Assembly (NCBI RefSeq): GCF_006345805.1
Contig: NC_043023.1
Coordinates: 19,344,001 to 19,408,000 of the forward strand
DNA length: 64,000 bases
Reading direction: 5' to 3'
DNA from: Octopus sinensis
Taxonomy: Eukaryota
This document shows, piece by piece, positions 61,161-64,000 of this stretch. Both the position numbers and the translations under genes were made by a program. The notes below the pieces were generated by a model, which was given only the letters and a program-made list of their open reading frames with translations, made no database searches and was not told the origin of the DNA. Within the stretch, counting starts at the first letter, position 1. Each line of letters opens with the position of its first letter.

Positions 61161-64000
61161 CATCATCATCATCATCATTTAACGTCCGCTTTCCATGCTA
61201 GCATGGGTTGGACGGTTCAACTGGGGTCTGGGGAGCCCGAAAGCTGCACCAGTCCAGTCAGATCTGGCAGTGTTTCTACAGCTGGATGCCCTTCCTAACG
61301 CCAACCACTCCGAGAGTGTAGTGGGTGATTTTATGTGCCACCGACACAGGTGCCAGACGAGGCTGGCAAACGGCCACGCTCGGATGGTGTTTTTTTTATG
61401 TGCCACCGACACAGGTGCCAGACGAGGCTGGCAAACGGCCACGCTCGGATGGTGTTTTTATGTGCCACCGACACAGGTGCCAGATGAGGCTGGCAAACGG
61501 CCACGATCGGATGGTGCTTGTTACGTGCCCACAGCACGGAGGCCAGTCGATGCGGTACTGGCTACGGCCACGTTCGGATGGTTTTCTTGTGTGCCACGTG
61601 CCACCGGCACTGGTACCACAAGGATACAAATTCCATTGATGTTCATCTATTTTGATTTGTTTTGATTTGATTTTCACTTGCCTCAACAGGTCTTCACAAG
61701 TGTCACAAGAAGGAAGGTATGCACAGGTGGACTGACTACGTCCCAGGTAGGGGCCATGGGTTATGGCCTGACTAGTCTTGCCGGGTCTTCGGATGGTGTT
61801 TTTATGTGCCACCGACACAGGTGCTAGATGAGGCTGGCGAACGGCCACGATCGGATGGGGTTTGTCATGTGCCCACCGCACTGACTACAGCACTGATGGA
61901 TTTCTTGTGTGCCACAGGCACTGGTACCACAAGATACAAATTCCATTGATGTTCATCTATTTGTCTATTTTGATTTGATTTGATTTGATTTGATTTTCAC
62001 TTGCCTCAACCGGTCTTCACAGGTGTCACAAGAGGAAGGTATGCACAGGTGGACTGACTAGTCTTGCCGGGTCTTCGGAAGGTGTTTTTATGTGCCACCG
62101 ACACAGGTGCCAGATGAGGCTGGCGAACGGCCATGATCGGATGGTGTTTGTTACGTGCCCACAGCACGGAGGCCGGTCGATGCGGAACTGGCTACGGCCA
62201 CGTTCGGATGGTTCTCTTGTGTGCCATCGCACTGGTACCACAAAGTGTGTGCACCGGCACTGGTACCACAAAGTGTGTGCCACCGGCACTGGTACCAAAG
62301 ATACAGATTCCATTGATGTTCATCTATTTTGATTTGTTTTGATTTTGATTTTGATTTTCACTTGCCTCAACAGGTCTTCACAAGTGTCACAAGAAGGAAG
62401 GTATGCACAGGTGGACTGACTACGTCCCAGGTAGGGGCCATGGGTTATGGCCTGACTAGTCTTGCCGGGTCTTCGGATGGTGTTTTTATGTGCCACCGAC
62501 ACAGGTGCTAGATGAGGCTGGCGAACGGCCATGATCGGATGGTGTTTGTCATGTGCCCACAGCACGGAGGCCAGTCGATGCGGTACTGGCTACAGCCACT
62601 TTCGGACGGTTTTCTCTTGTGTGCCACCGGCACTGGTACCACAAAGATACAAATTCCATTGATGATCATCTATTTTGATTTGTTTTGATTTTCACTTGCC
62701 TCAACAGGTCTTCACAAGTGTCGCAAGAAGGAAGGTACGTACAGGTGGACTGACTACGTCCCAGGTAGGGCCCACGGGTTATGACCTGACTAGTCTTGCC
62801 GGGTCTTCGGATGTTGTTTTTATGTGCCACCATGTTCCCACATCACGGAGGCGAGTCGACGCGGTACTGGCTACGGCCACGTTCGGATGGTTTTCTTGTG
62901 TGCCAAAGGCACTGGTACCACAAAGATACAAATTCCATTGATGTTCATCTATTTTGATTGATTTTCACTTGCCTCAGCAGGTCTTCACAAGTGTCACAAG
63001 AAGGAAGGTATGCACAGGTGGATCGACTACGTCCCAGGTAGGGGCCACGGGATATGGCCTGACTAGTCCTGCCGGGTCCTCTCATGCACAGCACACTTCC
63101 ATAGGACTCGGTCTTCAGTCATTTCCTTGGTGAGACCTAAAGTTCGAAGGTCGTGCTTCACCACCTCGTCCCAGGTTTTCCTGGGTCTACCTCTTCCACA
63201 GGTTCCCTCAACTGCTAGGGTGTAGCACTTTTGCACACAACTATCTTCAGCCATTCTCGTCACATGACCATACCAGCGCAGCCGTCTCTCTTGCACACCA
63301 CAACTGACACTTCTTAGGTTCAACTTTTCTCTCAAAGTACTTACACTCTGACGATTATGAACACTGACATTACACATCCATCGGAGCATACTGGCTTCAT
63401 TTCTTGCAAGCTTACGCATATCCTCAGCTGTCACGGCCCATGTTTCACTACCATGTAGCATGGCTGTACGTACACACGCATCATATAGTCTGCCTTTTAC
63501 TCTTAGCGAGAGGCCTTTTGTCACCAGCAGGGGTAAGAGCTCTCTAAACTTTGCCCAGGCTATTCTTACTCTAGCAGTTACACTTTCAGCACACCCACCC
63601 CTGCTACTGACTTGGTCTCCTAGGTAGCGGAAGCTATCAACTACTTCTAGTTTGTCTCCCTGGAACGTGGTAGAAGTTGGTCTCTGCACATTTCCAGTGT
63701 TTATTTCTCTTGAGCATCTGCCACAGACAAAAACTATTTTCTTAGTTAGCCTTCCTTTGACATTGCTGCACCTCTTATGTGTCCATAGCTTACACTTGGT
63801 GCACCTTATAGAGTTTCTACCTACACCTTTTTTACAGATCGAGCAGGGCCATCTACCTGAAGTCGTTTGTGGTTGGTCCACCTTCCTACTTATTAGGACT
63901 TTGGTTTTGGCTAGGTTGATTCTAAGGCCCTTCGATTCTAATCCTTGTTTCCACACCTGAAACTTCTCCTCCAGTTCTGATAGTGACTCAGCAATTAGAG
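61161..64000 (-). mobile_element. RTE-clade LINE, 3' half (RT C-terminus, tandemly repeated 3' UTR, (TGA)n tail); continues beyond the window
   Basis: Open frame to the window edge, then a 3' UTR ending in ...ggacgttaaa(tga)n at about 61161. The tail abuts the (TA) tract of a SINE head at 60989-61160. Confidence 0.9.
63063..63998 (-). CDS. LINE ORF2 fragment: reverse transcriptase C-terminal part with an embedded PHD-type zinc finger
   Basis: Motifs LIAES..GLRINLAKTKV, EVVDSFRYLG, LHGSETW, RRLRWYGHV and GRGRPRKTW are typical of RTE ORF2. No stop over about 312 codons. The M in the ORF track is an internal GTG. Confidence 0.9.
   Translation of the reverse strand, partial: LIAESLSELEEKFQVWKQGLESKGLRINLAKTKVLISRKVDQPQTTSGRWPCSICKKGVGRNSIRCTKCKLWTHKRCSNVKGRLTKKIVFVCGRCSREINTGNVQRPTSTTFQGDKLEVVDSFRYLGDQVSSRGGCAESVTARVRIAWAKFRELLPLLVTKGLSLRVKGRLYDACVRTAMLHGSETWAVTAEDMRKLARNEASMLRWMCNVSVHNRQSVSTLREKLNLRSVSCGVQERRLRWYGHVTRMAEDSCVQKCYTLAVEGTCGRGRPRKTWDEVVKHDLRTLGLTKEMTEDRVLWKCAVHERTRQD

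Noticed and set aside
57589-64000. CPSF6 start-codon exon (MAD...DIYAD/DLYDDV-like)
   Set aside because: Looked for but not found. The region is almost entirely repeats, so the first exons probably lie beyond the window.

Overview
This is repeat-dense eukaryotic genomic DNA. The SINE, LINE and microsatellite landscape points to a coleoid cephalopod, most likely Octopus; that assignment is inferred from remembered repeat families, not from a search. The window lies inside one minus-strand gene, the cleavage factor Im large subunit (CPSF6/CPSF7 orthologue). I reconstructed 11 GT-AG exons (57588 to 2069, 1246 nt, phases consistent). They encode part of the N-terminus, the RRM, the proline-rich region and the start of the conserved C-terminal helical block. 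The start codon and the last exons lie outside the window or were not found. The introns (0.5-13.6 kb) contain tRNA-derived SINEs, RTE and CR1-type LINE ends, hAT-, piggyBac-, Tc1/mariner- and MULE-like MITEs, minisatellites and microsatellites. The 3' half of an RTE LINE with an open RT frame occupies 61161-64000. Nearly every entry in the ORF track is a repeat artefact. The most notable observations are: genomic codons in the RRM that would match the conserved residues only after A-to-I editing; a PHD finger inside the LINE RT; two degenerate hammerhead-ribozyme-like motifs; a SINE tetramer and a MITE dimer, each flanked by one target-site duplication (TSD); and a pre-miRNA-sized intronic hairpin. 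I found no evidence of a wholly new multi-gene system. Repeat boundaries are approximate unless TSDs or terminal inverted repeats (TIRs) are quoted.
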